In this document: piece after piece, positions 63,611 to 64,000 of the stretch
How the letters are laid out: every line of letters starts with the position of its first letter
Position numbering within the stretch: position 1 is the stretch's first letter
From: an uncultured Candidatus Saccharibacteria bacterium
Lineage (GTDB): Bacteria; Patescibacteriota; Saccharimonadia; Saccharimonadales; 2-12-FULL-41-12
Assembly (NCBI GenBank): GCA_964573095.1
Contig: CAZNIK010000001.1
Coordinates: 249,004 to 313,003, forward strand
Direction: 5' to 3'
Length of the DNA: 64,000 bases
Notes under the pieces: model-generated
What the model was told of the DNA's origin: nothing
The model's input: the letters and a program-made list of their open reading frames with translations, nothing else
Database searches by the model: none
Program-made: the position numbers and the translations under genes

Positions 63611-63993
63611 TGCAACACCTGGAAATATCAGATAAACAATTTGACCACATTATTTCTGAGGCACTTGATAGATTGCCCCAAAAATATATCAAGGGCCTTA
63701 ATAACGTTGCGATCATCTACGAAGACGAACCAACCAAAGAACAGCGAGTCAAACTAAAACTTAGGTGTAACGAAACGCTTCTTGGTCTATACGAGGGGAT
63801 TCCGCTCACTCGCCGTAACTCTGGGTATAACTTGGTGTTGCCAGACAAGATTACGCTTTTTAAGAACCCTCTCATTGCCACATCCGAATCGTTTGACGAT
63901 TTTAAAGAACACGTTCGGCACACGCTTTGGCACGAGATCGCCCATTTTTATGGACTTGACCACGATCGAATTCACAAGCTTGAAGCCAAGTAA
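63610..63993 (+). CDS. Minimal zinc metallopeptidase family protein (COG3824-like)
   Basis: NVAIIYEDEP ... LLGLYEGIPLTRR ... HEIAHFYGLDH is the characteristic architecture of this small zincin family. Confidence 0.75.
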   Translation: MQHLEISDKQFDHIISEALDRLPQKYIKGLNNVAIIYEDEPTKEQRVKLKLRCNETLLGLYEGIPLTRRNSGYNLVLPDKITLFKNPLIATSESFDDFKEHVRHTLWHEIAHFYGLDHDRIHKLEAK

Positions 63994-64000
63994 GCATCTT

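Noticed and set aside
1-64000. Window-wide look for CRISPR arrays, transposases, integrases, rRNA, toxin-antitoxin pairs or known defence systems.
   Set aside because: I found no repeat-spacer periodicity, no DDE/tyrosine/serine recombinase motifs, no rRNA-like sequence and no recognisable defence-gene signatures while reading the ORFs and intergenic regions. A manual scan of 64 kb cannot exclude short or degenerate elements.

Overview
This is a gene-dense, mostly minus-strand housekeeping segment of a small bacterial genome, and it reads cleanly in the standard genetic code. Recognisable genes include a class A PBP, radA, clpC, nusA, pepN, rnhB, rplS, a type IV pilus/T2SS ATPase, dnaE, galU, gatCAB, uvrB, trxB, pheST, rmuC, a ZIP/Zur pair, corA, metK and one tRNA-Gln(CUG). 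A contiguous glycolysis and non-oxidative pentose-phosphate block covers gap, rpiB, rpe, split transketolase, fba and a PfkB kinase. Many genes overlap by 4 nt (ATGA), biosynthetic operons are absent, and there are many small membrane proteins of unknown function. That profile fits a reduced-genome Patescibacteria/CPR lineage such as Saccharibacteria, but this is inference only and no search was run. I found no rRNA, CRISPR array, transposase, integrase or recognisable defence or toxin system. Most of the window is ordinary core genome, and I found no clear-cut novel multi-gene machine. The most unusual signals are as follows. (1) Near-consensus -10 hexamers, often TGn-extended, sit 6-8 nt or exactly 10 nt upstream of the start codon of about 19 operon-first genes that lack a Shine-Dalgarno, which suggests pervasive leaderless transcription. 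(2) A SAM-I riboswitch with a terminator controls metK-corA. (3) A CIRCE (HrcA) operator overlaps the clpC promoter. (4) An intrinsic terminator sits in the nusA leader. (5) A TIGR00725/SLOG (LOG-like) protein and an orphan 403-aa protein are embedded in the sugar-phosphate cluster. (6) An AT-rich islet with degenerate direct repeats abuts the tRNA-Gln 3' end and contains a decayed TMEM175/DUF1211 fragment. (7) A His-bearing 6-TM protein, an exported cytochrome b5-like protein and a VIT1 transporter lie together.
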